From positions 288,608-352,607 of the forward strand of contig MU057584.1 in the NCBI GenBank assembly GCA_013265495.1: a stretch of 64,000 bases of DNA, in the 5' to 3' direction. Below the pieces are notes generated by a model. That model did not search any database and was not told where the DNA came from. It saw only the letters and a list, made by a program, of their open reading frames with translations. The position numbers and the translations under genes were made by a program. The DNA comes from Vicugna vicugna. Lineage: Eukaryota. The stretch's first letter is position 1. Each line of letters opens with the position of its first letter. Below are positions 1-12,018 of the stretch, in pieces.

Positions 1-115
1 ACCCAAGGCAGCCTGGTCATTAGAAATGTGACAACTCAGGACGCGGGCAGCTACACCATGGTGCTGGAAACCAGCAAGGGACGCAGGAGTGTGACGGAGC
101 AGATACAGGTCAAGG
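1..115 (+). CDS. IGSF23: IGSF23 upstream exon (5'-truncated by window): C-terminal half of a CEACAM-type IgV/N domain
   Basis: Frame 1 reads TQGSLVIRNVTTQDAGSYTMVLETSKGRRSVTEQIQVK, matching the CEACAM N-domain pattern GSLxIxNVTxxDxGxYT. Phase-1 donor AAGG|GTGAGT at 116 joins in frame to the exon at 2819. Confidence 0.75.
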
Positions 116-837
116 GTGAGTGGGGCCCTACGGCAGGAGGGGTGAGTTCTTGGTCAGCAGGGCCCATCAGGACCCATTCTGTGCTCCCTAGCAGACCAAC
201 CCAAAACTTAAAATAGCAACCACTTCTTTAGCTCATGATTCTGCTGGACAGTTCTTCTGGTCTCAGCTAGTTTTAGCTAAGCCCACTTATGTGTCTCTGG
301 TCAGCTAGGGAATGAGTGCCTGGGCACTGGTCCAGGGTGGCCTCCTTCCCATGTCTGGCAGTGGCCTGGCTGGCAGCTGGGACAATGGGGGTAAATGGGC
401 CACAAGGCCTCTCATCCACCAGCAGGCTAGCCCGGGCTTGTTCACTCAGCAACGGAAGAGAAACAAGAGCGAAAGCTGCAAGGCCTCCAGAGGCCCAGAC
501 TCAGAACTGGCGTGCCATCACTTCCACCACATTGTTTTGGCCAAAATGAGTCACATGACTGGCCCAGCTCCAATGGGAGAGAAATAAGCTTCACCTCCCG
601 GTGAGAGAAGCTTCAATGTGCTTGGCCATTTCTGTTACCTATCACACTTTTCAATAGATCTTCATTAAATATTTGTTCACTATCACTTGGGGAAGGACAG
701 GGGTCTCTGGTGGCAGCCTTCAAACTCACCTTGGTTTTTATGAGCTATTCAGCTCTGGACTTGAACTTTCACACCTAAACCGGAAAAACAAAGTCCTGAG
801 GCTAACCAGACTCATCCTCTAGAAGGTGGTTTAGAGA

Positions 838-1250
838 TGTATTAGTCTACTAGCGCTGCCACAACAAAAGACCACCTGCCGGGAGGTTTAAAAACCAGAA
901 AGTTATTTCTCATGGTTCTGGAGGCTGAAAGTCAAGATCAAGGTGTCGGCAGGTTTGGTTTCTTCTGAGGCCTCTCTCCTTGGCTTGCAGATTACTGCCT
1001 TCTCCTTGTGTCCTCACATGGTCTCTCCTCTGTTTGTCACCTCTGGTGTCTCCCTGTGAGTCCTAATCTCTTCTTATAAGAACATCAGTCAGATTGTATT
1101 TGGGCGCACCTTCATGGCCTCATTTTAACTTAATTACCTCTTTAAAGGCCCTAGCATCAAATGCTGTCACTTTCTGAGGTTCTGGGGGTTAGTGCTTCAG
1201 TATATGAATCTTGGAGAAGGTGAGGGAAAGACATAATTTAGCCCATAATG
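838..1250 (-). mobile_element. MaLR LTR (MLT1A-D-like)
   Basis: tgtattagtc...gttctggaggctgaaagtcaagatcaaggtgtcggcagg...taattacctctttaaaggccc, characteristic MLT1 text. Older MLT1 pieces flank it (~200-650, ~1260-1715). Confidence 0.75.
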
Positions 1251-2818
1251 GAGACCATATAAGACTCAGAGATTGATGCTCTAACAAAGACCCAAAGTAA
1301 CAGTGTCTTAAACAAGAAGGAGATTTAGCTCTCACATAGCAGTCTGGCATAAACCATTTAGGGATGACATGGTGGCTTCATGGTATCAGGACCCAGGCTC
1401 CTTCTCATTATTCCATCATCAGTAGGTTTTGTCTTGCTTGTGGGACCCAAGATGGCTCTCATCACATCTGCACTCCAACCAATACTACAGGGGAGGGGAA
1501 GGGGAGTGAAGATGCCTTCCTTTTAAGGCCCAACACAGAGGCTGCTCACATCTCATTGGCTGGGAACTAGTCACATGGTCATACTTAGCTTTAAGAGAAG
1601 CTGAAAATGTAGTCTTTATCCTGGGCAATCATATGCCCAGCTGAAAGGTGGGATTCTGAAACTAAAGGAAGAAGGGGAGAAGAGATGGAGGGAGATAGCC
1701 AGAAGTTTCTGCCACAAGTTTCTATCTGAGGATGCCCTTGGGGGTCTCACCCATCCCAAGTTTAAGCCAAGTGTACATCAAGCTTAGCCAATGGTTCCTT
1801 CCAACCACAGTGCATTTGGCTTCTAGATCAGTCAGGCAAGCCACCTGCTGATCAGCCTACTCCCCAATTTGTCTCTGTGTCCCAGCATGCCTGTGGGCTC
1901 CCAGCTCCACAGTGGGTGAATGATGGGGTGTGAAGAAAAGGTGTTTGGTCCCTAGAAGCAGTGATATGGGTTAGGGAGCTGGGGCTTCAGGGGAAGGCTT
2001 GAGGTGGGCATGTCAACATTACTACCTATTAATTCAACAAACCACCACCCTGACCCTGTACCTGGCCCTGTGGTGGGCAGTGGTGGAGACATAACCTGGC
2101 TGAGACAGCCCTGGTCTGGCCTTCCCCTCCTGGGCTCAGCATCCAGTGGGGAAAACGATGCATCCCCAGACAGGGATGACTCAGAGTGGGCAGGGCTGGG
2201 ACAAGCCAGCTGGCTATGGGAGCCCAGAGGGCGCCTGGCTCCCTCTGGACGGCCTGGGAGGGCTTCTTGGAGAAGGAGGAACGCGGCAGTGAATGACACA
2301 GAGTTGGTTCCTCCGACTATGGAATTCCCAGTTGGCGGGGGAGAGAGACGTGAAATGAATAACCTCAAGGACAGAGCCAAAGAAAGCTTCTCTGCAGAAG
2401 TGGCATTTCAAATGCTATCTGAAGGGAGGTTAGCCAGTAAAGATGATGAGACAGGTTGTTCCAGACAGCAAGAACAGTGTGGACAGGGCTGGAGGGGTAA
2501 GAGAACTTGGTGAGCGCGAGAAACTGAGAGCAGAGCAGTGTAGAGGGCATGGGCGTGTCCACTTCCCAGCTCTCTGGTCCGCTGCCTCCATGGCAGCCGT
2601 GGGGCAACAGGTGCAGCGTTGGCAGGTGGAAGTGCTGAGGGTGCGGATGCCAACAGCTCTGCTACCCCCAGCGTCTGGAGCAACACTGGGCACAGAGCAG
2701 GCACTCCAAGCACATTCGTTCATGAGTGAATGAATGAATGCCTCTGTCGTGAACTGAAGAAGTGCTCAGTCTCTGTGAGTGGCCTCCACCCACGTGACCT
2801 TGCTCCCTGTTTGCACAG

Positions 2819-3088
2819 CCAACTCGGACGGGGTGTTGCTGCTGACATTCCCAGGGAATACAAACGGTGTCATCTACAGTGACCTCAACTACTCAGTGAT
2901 CCTGCAGTGGGTGGCTTCCGTCAACCCTGAGCCTGTGCTACGATGGACCTTCAATGGGAAGCCTCGCGGGACTGGGGAGAAGCTAATTATTCAGAGGTTG
3001 TCCTTAGAGGATCTGGGCACCTACGTATGCTTCGCCGAGAATAGCCAGGCAGTGTCTTTCTCCAGGCCTGTGACTATCTCGCTGCCAC
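2819..3088 (+). CDS. IGSF23: IGSF23 Ig-like domain exon (270 nt, phase 1-1)
   Basis: Acceptor ttgcacag|CC, donor C|GTGAGT. Reads ANSDGVLLLTFPGNTNGVIYSDLNYSVILQWVASVNPEPVLRWTF...LGTYVCFAENSQAVSFSRPVTISLP, recognisably IGSF23 (LNYSVILQW, PEPVL.WTF, GEKL.I.RLS, PVTISLP). Confidence 0.92.
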
Positions 3089-4734
3089 GTGAGTCTCCCA
3101 CCCTCACCCCAGACCCCTGCACCCTTGCTGGTCAGTGGCCAGCTTTCCTGATTCCGTTGAGCTACCTTCTATGAGCAGTCCCCTCTGAGGCCCTTTATAG
3201 CCAAGAAGGCACCCCATTCTTTCATCTGCCTGGCAGAGTGAGGATCATCAGCCCATTTTACAGATGGGAGGCTGAGACCCAAAGACATGAACTCTAATGA
3301 AAGCTCAGGGCAGGATCTGGAGGCTACTGCCTAGGTCTTGCATCCAACCATTTGCTGGCTCTGTGAACCTGAGAAGCCCCATCACCTCTCTGAGTCTCAG
3401 CATATGCTGGAGAGAAAAATGAAAGTGATAATATAACGAGTGGTTCGAGTATGGGCTTTGGAATTTGAATTCTGGCTCTACCACTTCCTGGCTGTGTGAT
3501 TTTAGACCAGTACCTTGACATCTCTGTGCCTCAGTTTCCTCATATGTAAAATTGGGAAGATAATTGCGCCCACTCCAAAGTGTAGTTGTGAGCATTCAAT
3601 GAGATAAGCAGGTGAACAGCTTAAAATAAGAGTGCCTAGCACTACTGAACACCAGCGAGTGCTCAGTAAGGATGGACAAGCATCACTGCTGTGATTAGCA
3701 TTATCTATATTATTATTCATTTGTGCCTCTTACCATGTGCGGTAGCGTGTTTGGAGGCTCAAGTGGCAGTAACAAGAACAGCCAGTTGTTGGGGTAAGAA
3801 AAGTGGTTTGGGAGCCAAAGTGGGGTTCATTTCCTGCCCCTATGCCTTGTTGGCTGGGTGACCTAGAACAAGTGATGTCCCTTCTCTGAGCCTCAGCTTC
3901 CTCCTGTGTCTAACAGAGGTGATTGTGTAGACCTCTGCCAGATTGCTACAAGAAACTGAAATAGTATATGGGTGAGGCTGGCATAACACCTTTAAATAGC
4001 AGCTGTTACGCATATTATATTTGATGTTTCTATCCATGGAGGATGAGCAGCATGGAGCAAGCTGGAAGGATGCAGAGTTGCTGGCCAGTAGAGAAGATGG
4101 GGAGGGATCTAGAGAGCAGGGAATGCATAAGCAAAGGTCCAGAGCATGGAAAGGGGCATGGCTTGGCTGCGTTCCTAAAAGTTGCCTCCTCTCCCCAGCT
4201 AGGGTTCAGTGGAAGCTTCAGGATTTGGTTTTGCAGTGATTTACTGGGAGATAAAAATTTAAATCTCAGAGTATCTGGTGACCCTGATATGTTTACTGAG
4301 AATGACAATACTTCTAAGACCCCTTTCCTCACTCATCAACTGGTCAGAAAATGTTTTTTGAGCACCTACTATATGACTGGTCCATGATGGGCAGTGCTGA
4401 GGACATCTGGTGACAGAGACAGCCCTGGCCCTGCCTTCACAGAACTCCCAGTCCAGTAGGGGACAGACCTGTCTACAAATGGTAATGACCAGAGTGCGCA
4501 AGGCTGGGCTGGGGGAGCTCAAAAGTCTGTGGGACCCAAGGGGGTATCCAACTCAGCGAGTGAATCAGAAAGGGCTCCCTGGAAGAGGCGACATCTGAGC
4601 TGATTCTAGAATACACAGGAATTATCCAGCCCAAGGGGGAGAAAATGGCATAAATGGCACTCCAGGGGCATTCCAGACAAAGGCCTGGAAGTAGGAGAGA
4701 GAGGGGCTGAGCTCAGACAATTGAGTGGAATCCA

Positions 4735-4980
4735 AGGGGGTGGGGAAGGATAAATTGGGAGTTTGGGATTTGCAGATACCAACTACTATATATGAATAGA
4801 TAAACAACAAGGACCTACTGTCTAGCACAGGGAACTGTATTCAATATCTTGTAATAGCCTATAATGAAAAAGAATATGAAAAGGAATATATATATATATG
4901 CATGTATAACTGAATCACAATGCTATATACAGAAATAAACACAACCCTGTAAATCGGCTCTACTTCAATTAAAAAAAAAA
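4735..4980 (+). mobile_element. L1 3' end fragment
   Basis: ggataaattgggagtttggg...ataaacaacaaggacctactg...cacagggaact...tacttcaattaaaaaaa. Confidence 0.8.
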
Positions 4981-5325
4981 GGAACAAAGAAAATTGAGGA
5001 GGATCCTGTGGGGCTTCGTTATAAAGGTGGAGGGTGGAGAGAGCTGAGGCTGGCCAGGTGTCAGGGACTCAAAGGCCAAGGTGAAATCCTGGGGAGCCAT
5101 AGCAAGGTTCTGAGCAGGGAAGGAACAGGATCAAGTTTGAACTTTAAAAAGACCCCTCTGGCTTCTGTGTGGTGGGGAGATGGGTGGGGAGAGACTGGGG
5201 CAGGAGAACAGGGAGAAGCTGGGCTGGAGACCCAGAGGATGATGGGGAGAGGTGGAACGGCAGGAGCTGGGGTGGGGTATGGAAGGAGGGTGGCTCCCTT
5301 AGTCTCTCCTTCTCTCGGCCCCCAG

Positions 5326-5477
5326 AAGCCAATGTGGATCCCACAGACCCCGCACCTGTCCAGCCGGACCCCACTCTCTCCCTGTCAGGAGGATCTGCCA
5401 TCGCCCTCATCGTGGCTGCATTTGTGGGGATCGTGTTACTGATTGGAAGCATAGTCTTCACCTTAATCCAGAAGTGA
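5326..5477 (+). CDS. IGSF23: IGSF23 stalk + transmembrane exon, ending in an in-frame TGA
   Basis: Acceptor ccccag|AA (tandem CAG-AAG). Reads QANVDPTDPAPVQPDPTLSLSGGSAIALIVAAFVGIVLLIGSIVFTLIQK*; PDPTLSLSGGSAI is IGSF23-like. Candidate donors at 5474 and 5480. Confidence 0.88.
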
Positions 5478-5712
5478 AGGTACTTTCCGTCCCTCACTCC
5501 CATCCACTCAGCCCCCACAAGGCACAGAACTTGCCCTGCAGCGAGACTGAAGCCAGACCAACGGCCTCATCCCAAGGAGCTTTTAGCTCATCCAGAAAGG
5601 ATGACAAAAACAGAAAGGATGACACTGACCCCTGATGTGCCATCATCCATTCTCAAAGTGGCCTCTGGGGAACAAAGAGACAGGAGAGGGTTCTGGAGCT
5701 AGGGCCATCTCT

Positions 5713-5839
5713 TTTGGGGGAGGGGACAGGGTATTAGGTGTTTTCTTTTTTTTTTTCATTTTTTTAATGGAGGTACGAGATTGAACCCAGGACCTCGTGC
5801 ATGCTAAGCAGGCATTATACCACTGGGCTATACCTTCCC
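5713..5839 (-). mobile_element. tRNA-Ala-derived SINE (vic-1-like)
   Basis: Reverse complement of GGGAAGGTATAGCCCAGTGG...GCTTAGCATGCACGAGGTCCTGGGTTCAATC...CCTCCA plus A-rich tail. Confidence 0.85.
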
Positions 5840-7449
5840 ACCTGGACCTGGGTTCAAATGCCAGCTCTGTCACTTACCCACAGTGAAGCCATGGGCAAGT
5901 CACTTCCTCTCTCTGTGCCTCAGTTTGCCCACCTGCAGAGTCAGGGTGATGATAACGGCCCCTTCCTCAGAGCCGTTGTTTAGATTAAGCAAGGTAATAT
6001 TTCTAAAGCCTTTATAGCAGGGCCAAGGATATGGTCAGAGCCCTATTCATCCCATCTACACATAACTGTTGAGTCCCTACCATGTGCCAGGCACTGGGGA
6101 TACCATGGGAATAAACAGAGGAAAGTCCCTGCCCTCCTGAACTTGCAGTCTAGTTGAGATGCCAATGGTACACGTGATGACCAAGTAAAGCATCAATAGT
6201 ATGTTGCTGATGGTGAGTGCTAAGGAGCGGGGTAAGTTTGGGAAGGAGCACAGGGAGTGTGGGGATGGGACACAATTTAACTAAGCTAGTGAAGTCCTCC
6301 CTGAGAAAGTGACATGGGAGCAAAGATATTAAGCAAAGGAAAGGAAGGAGGAAGCCAGTGGATCTGGGGGAAGGGCATACCCAGCAGCGGGAACAGCAAG
6401 TGCAAAGGCCCTGAGGTGGGATCTGAATGGCATGTTCAAGAAACAGCCAAGAGGCCAATGTGGCATGAGGAATGGGAAGAGAAATAGGACATGGAATCAG
6501 AGAAGGAAACAGGGGTGGAGAGGGGGCAGGAGTGGTGGGGCACCAGACAGCAAAAGGTCTTGTTAGCCATGTAAGGACCTGGCTTTTGTTCTGAGTGAGA
6601 CAGGAGCCATGGAGGATTTAGGAAAGAGAAGGGATGGAATCTGACTTACATCTGATTTTCATTTTAATCTTAGATTAAATTAACTATTATGATAATACTG
6701 TACTATCCTACTGTGGATTAAGTGCCTAGTATGTGCTTACTAAACATTATTTAATCTCCACAAGAGCTCTGCAGGAGGTGGGGTGGAGTAGGAGTGAAGA
6801 TCTCATTTTGTGTTAAACAGGAAACTAAGACTCAAAAAGAAGGGACTGGCTCCAGACTCCACAGTTTAAGGTTCGAGCCCTGAACCCTGCCTCACTCTTG
6901 GTTCTAGCCCCTAACCCTCAATGCTTCTTCTCCACCATTGACAATACAAGCCTTGGTAGCTTATGTACTGAGGAAGAGAAATCTGCATGTTGAAATGGTT
7001 TGGAAAGGCCTCTTGGACCAGCTGGGAGGGCCTGGGGCCAGGTCTCCAGTCCGTGAGTGTTGTATGGAACCTTTAGAGTTGGGGAATAGGGGAGGCCAGG
7101 CTGCTGCCTGAATCACCCACATCACCTTTGTCACTGTGGCTCCAATTTCCCATGCCCTCAGTCAAGTCACAGCAACTCTCATGGATGGGGGCTGTTCCTG
7201 TGCTCATTTTCCACATGAGTAGAACTAAATCTCAGAGAAATCCATCAACTCATCAAGGACACGACGCTGACAAAGAGGTGATCTTGTATCAGACCCAGAG
7301 ACAACTCTAAAGTTAGGTTCTTAGAAGAGAAAGGTGAGAAATCAGGCTGGTGTGAAAATCCTCACCCAGACTACCTGGAGTCCCTACCTCTGTGAGTGGC
7401 AGGAGGGATCCCTTCCTGTCCTCCCGCCACCTTGGCCAACACCTGTTAG

Positions 7450-7513
7450 GATAGACCGATGCTGACGTCATCCAGAAGGAACCAGCCTCGTCCAATCGGC
7501 TGTGACCTTGGAG
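7450..7513 (+). CDS. IGSF23: Probable IGSF23 short cytoplasmic/3'UTR exon (64 nt; ...IDRC*)
   Basis: Pyrimidine-rich stretch then cctgttag|G, strong donor GAG|GTGAGG at 7514. A phase-2 join gives (R/K)-I-D-R-C-stop (7463-7465), reminiscent of human RTDR... Confidence 0.5.
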
Positions 7514-7848
7514 GTGAGGTCCTGAGGACAAGCACGGCTGTCTTGACCCTCCCCGTGGTTTGCAGTTAAGGCCTGGCTCCTTTGGCTTATCCCAGCTCTG
7601 CCATATGCTACCTTGTGGGACTTCGGGTAAATCCTTTAATGGCTCTGTGCCCCATCTGTAGAACAGGGATAATGGTAATGTAACACCTACTTCAAAGGGT
7701 AGGGATGTGGATTAACTAATATGGTAAAAGTAAAGTTCTGTAAATAGTGCTTGGCACATGGTGAGCCTTCAATGAACGTTGGCCACATTTTTTTATTATT
7801 ACTATTATTATTGCTATTGTTGCTGTTATTTCTCTCTCTTTCTTGTAG

Positions 7849-7950
7849 GTGTGGCAGACGAAGAAATGGTTGAACCATTTTGGCTTTTGTTTTTTCAGTT
7901 TAAATAAACTGACTGAAAATAAAAAACAAATAAATGACTCTAGACAAAAG
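7849..7950 (+). other. IGSF23: Candidate alternative terminal exon of IGSF23 (CGRRRNG* then three AATAAA)
   Basis: Strong acceptor tttctctctctttcttgtag|G. Phase-2 frame gives C-G-R-R-R-N-G-stop (7871-7873). AATAAA at 7903, 7918 and 7929. Confidence 0.4.
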
Positions 7951-10489
7951 GAGATAATTGCAAGCAGATCTTAACCATGAATTTTTGTGTGGTACTCAAA
8001 AATACTGACAGCTGTTTTACAATATCCTGTTTCAAAATATACATTTTGTGGAACCCATTGTGAACATTTCTGTTCAGTGGATAATTAGAGTGGAATTTCA
8101 GTTATAGAATATGTGTATCTTCAGCTTTTATTGATGCTCCCAAATTGTTTTTCAATCAAAGTTATTGTATTTTCTCACAGTGGGTTCCACAGTGAGATAC
8201 TACACAGTGATGGAACAAATATGGATAAATCACAAAAACATGAAGTCTCATAAACACAGCTCCAAGAGAAGGTAGAGGTTATAGTACCATTTTTAATAAT
8301 TCAAGCATTACTAGAACTACTATCTGCTATTACATGACAGGATATGTTGGGTAGCAAAAAAAATAATACAATGTGCTTCTGAAGTGTGGGCACTTGTCTA
8401 TCAGCCCAAGAGGTATTACATCAGGAACATATTACGTCAGGAACAGGCAGTAGGGAGGGGAAAATCCCGGGGCTGGGGACAAGAGGAAGTTCCTGGGAGC
8501 TCCTTCCTCCTGGCTTCTGGATCATTTGTCTCTGGGATGTTCCCATCTTGTTGAGAACCCCAGGGACTGCTCTCATCTCCTCTTGCCATCTACCAATACC
8601 CCATCTGCTCATCTCACCAAATCCCTGGAGCCACATAAACAAGCAGTCTATAATTCTTGGAACTCTTGGGCTACAAGCAAAAGAAACTCACTGAAGTTGC
8701 TCAAGAAAAAATACAGGGAATTTAGAAATTTAAGGAATTTAACATAAGGACCCAGGAAGAGTTCCAGGAATTGAAGGCTTTATCAGTTAGCACATGCTGT
8801 GTAACAAACTATCCCCAAAAGTTAGTGACTTGAAACAACAGCCATTTATTTAGCATACAATTCTATAGGTTATCAGTGTGGGCCAGGGTCAGCTGGGTAG
8901 TTCTTCTGGTCTCTGCCAGGCTCACTTATGCATCTTTGGTCAGTTGGCAGGTTGCCTAGGGGCTGTCTGGACTAGGATAGCCTCAGCTGTGTCAACTAGC
9001 CACTCTTCTACGTCATCTCTCATTCCCTAGCAGGCAAACCCAAGCATACTCACAAGACAGACCAGGATTCCAAGAATGAGAGCAGAACTGCAGTGCCTCT
9101 TAGGGCCAAGGTTAAGAACAGGCACATATCACTTATGCCACATTCTACTGGCCAAAGAAAGTCACATGGTGAGGGGTAGGGAAATGACCTCATCCTTGAT
9201 GGGAAGAGACAAATCTGTGGCTATTCTTGTAATCTGCCACCAAAGCCTCGAGTGTGTGTTCAGAAAGCAGAAAAGCTGCTGGAACCAGGGCAGTTGCTCA
9301 CTGCCTCTCTCAGTCCCCCACCCCTCAGCCTTTGTAAACCTCTTCTCCAGGAACATAGAATTCACAGTTCTCTCTGCAAATGGGCACTCAATGCTTCTCA
9401 GTCCACATGGAGAAAGGCACCATCCCATAGCTTCCAAATCCCCAACGCTCATGTTCAGAGGAACAGCCCAACTTAGCCAGCATCCCTTTGCCTGATTTCT
9501 GAACCCCCTGGAGAAGGTATCTGATTGGCTCACTTGGGACAGGTGTCAATACAGGCCCCATCACTGTAGCTGGGGTAAGGGCAGAGATGTTCTGTACAAT
9601 CAGAGCTCCAGCTCCTTGTCTATGGGGACTCAGTACTCAGAAAAAAAAGAGGGAGAGTTTTTGGCTTATAAACTGGGCAGATACTCCAAAATATGTCTTC
9701 TACACATGCAGCTTATTTTTGCTCCTTTTCAGAGAAAAAAAAAACACCTTCCAAATGCAGAGAAGTGGGTAAAGGGTCTCAACCCTCAGAAATCCATGAT
9801 GCATTTGTAAATAAGATCCAACACTTTCTTTCACTGGAGAATCCTGACAGATGGTAGGCAAAGGGTACTGGTGTGACCCTAGGCGAGTCACTTACCTCTC
9901 TGAGACTCATCTGCTTAAAATGAGTATGAATAGTGCTCCTGTGTGGATATAGCTAACATTTGAGGGACATTCAGTGCTTCTGTGACACATAACCGTGTCA
10001 ACACAAAGCCACCTACCATATTACTACAATTAGCAATAATAGTAGCAGACCTGAGTTCAAATCTTGTCTGTTGAGGGCTGTCCATGTGCCACCCTCTACA
10101 CTAAATTTCTTACGTGTTACATCATCCTCACTGCACCCATTTAGGAAAGGAGAACCACCCCCATTTTACAGACAAAGCAAGTGAGTCTCAGACAGGGTAT
10201 GACAGGGTCATCACCACAGCACATGGTGGGGCTGGTCTCCAAGGCAGGCTCCCTGGCTCTGAAATCCCTGTTTCCAATCACTCCACTGCTCTGTTGCTCC
10301 CTCCCTGGAGCTGAAACCTCCTTCTCATCCTCTCATGGGCTTCCCACCTCCTATGTCGAGGAAATGTCATTGTGCTCATGTACATAAGATAAAAGTGAGG
10401 CTCAGAGAAGGCAAGTGATTTGTCCAAGGTCACACAGCCACATGAGATGCCAACTCAAGTCTACTCAATTCCAAAGCCTGTGCCTTAGA

Positions 10490-10700
10490 CCAGCGCTGTC
10501 CAATAGAACCCTCTGTGGTGATGGTAATGTCTGTATCTGCACTGACCAATACAGTATTGTCCAACACAGGTGGCTGCTGAGCCCTGGAAATGGAGACAGT
10601 GTAACTGAGGAACTGAATTTTTAAATTTTCTTTATTTTTAATTAATTTTAATTTATCTAGCCACCTGTGGCTAAAGGCTATTATATCAGACAGTGCAACT
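10490..10700. mobile_element. MER3/MER33-like hAT-Charlie MITE (another at ~39712-39915)
   Basis: cagcgctgtccaatagaa...gtgatgg.aatgt...gtaactgaggaactgaattttt...tagccac.tgtggcta. Confidence 0.7.
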
Positions 10701-10908
10701 CTTACTCCTAATGTTAAAATAAATAAATAAATCCCCCGACATCCGTCTGTGTAGATCAGTGACTGTAAGGCAGTTCTGGGATCCTTGACCTGGCCTGTCC
10801 AAGGGTCCAGATTTGCTCAGAAGTCCCTACTGTCTAACTGGCTCGCTCCTCGCCCACCTGAGCTATCCTGCCCTACCACTTCTTCTTCCCACTTCCCTCC
10901 ATTGTCAG

Positions 10909-11140
10909 AGGAGAAGTTAGTCGTTTGCTGCCGGGGTGGTGATGGAGAGAGCTGGTTCCTGCAGCTCCTAGTCTATCTGCGTCTCAGAGGTGACGCTACA
11001 GCTACTGCTTGGCCACCAGCCAGCCTCCAGCTGTCCTCTGGCCACGGCTGCAGCAATACTTCTTGCGCTTTGCAACAGCTGAGAGTACTGTGACATCCTC
11101 CCTCCACTAAAAATAAACTGCACATTTCGTCAGAGATCTC
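10909..11140 (+). other. IGSF23: Candidate terminal (3'UTR) exon of IGSF23
   Basis: Long polypyrimidine tract cttcttcttcccacttccctccattgtcag| followed by non-repetitive-looking sequence and AATAAA at 11112-11117. Confidence 0.45.
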
Positions 11141-11925
11141 CTGACCACTCCTGTTATAAATTCAGTCCCTGGGGTGAACTCGCTCATCGTACCGTTCTGC
11201 TTTATAGCACTTATGACATTGTGTCATTAAATATTTATTGGTGTGATTATTTAACATTTATCTCATCTATTAGACTCGCAGCTCCATGAATGCCAGACTT
11301 ATATCTGTTGTACAGCATGTGCTCAATAAATGTTTGTTGAATGAATAAGAGACCAAAACCACACAACTAGGAAAACTCAAAGGCTCAGAAATGAAAGCAC
11401 CGACTGAATACCAAACCTTTCTCCAAGCTGGAGTTTAACCGGAATAACTTAACTCAAACTCCTTTCACTTTTTCTCTGTCTCAGAAAAACTGGGTCAGGC
11501 ATCCTGAGGCCTCTACCCTAACCCCAGGGTGGGGTGAATAGTCATCTGGCCTCAGTAGAATAGCCCAACCTCGTCGGCAGCTGTGATAGAGATTGCCCTC
11601 AGAGCCCCAGAATTCATTCTCTTCTCTCGCCATAGTAACAGAATCCTTAATTTTAGCTGGGTACATGATGTCCAAGGGGAAAAAAAATTACACTGTCAAT
11701 AAAACGTGAGAAGTGTTACGTGTGACTTACAGAACATGTCCTTAAGGTGAGGGAGCATCCTTTCCTGCTGGCAGGAATGGGAACATGATGGCTGGAACCG
11801 AGCAGCCATATTGGAGCATGAGGTGAATGTCTCAACTACCATTTTTGATAGACTGGCAGTGGGCCAAGATCTATATTAAGAATTCTGGGAACCACCCATG
11901 CCCCCAAGAAGGAATACCTGTATCC

Positions 11926-12018
11926 ATTTTTTTTTTTTAATGGAAGTACTGGGGATTGAACCTAGGACCTCATGAGTGCTAAGCACACACTCTACCACTG
12001 AGCCATTATCCTCCTCCC
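11926..12018 (-). mobile_element. tRNA-Ala-derived SINE (vic-1-like)
   Basis: Same head and poly(T) on the plus strand. Confidence 0.85.

Noticed and set aside
7463..7496. Perfect CRE (TGACGTCA) plus CCAAT suggesting a promoter
   Set aside because: Falls inside the probable IGSF23 exon 7450-7513 (the TGA is its stop); no CpG island or other support.
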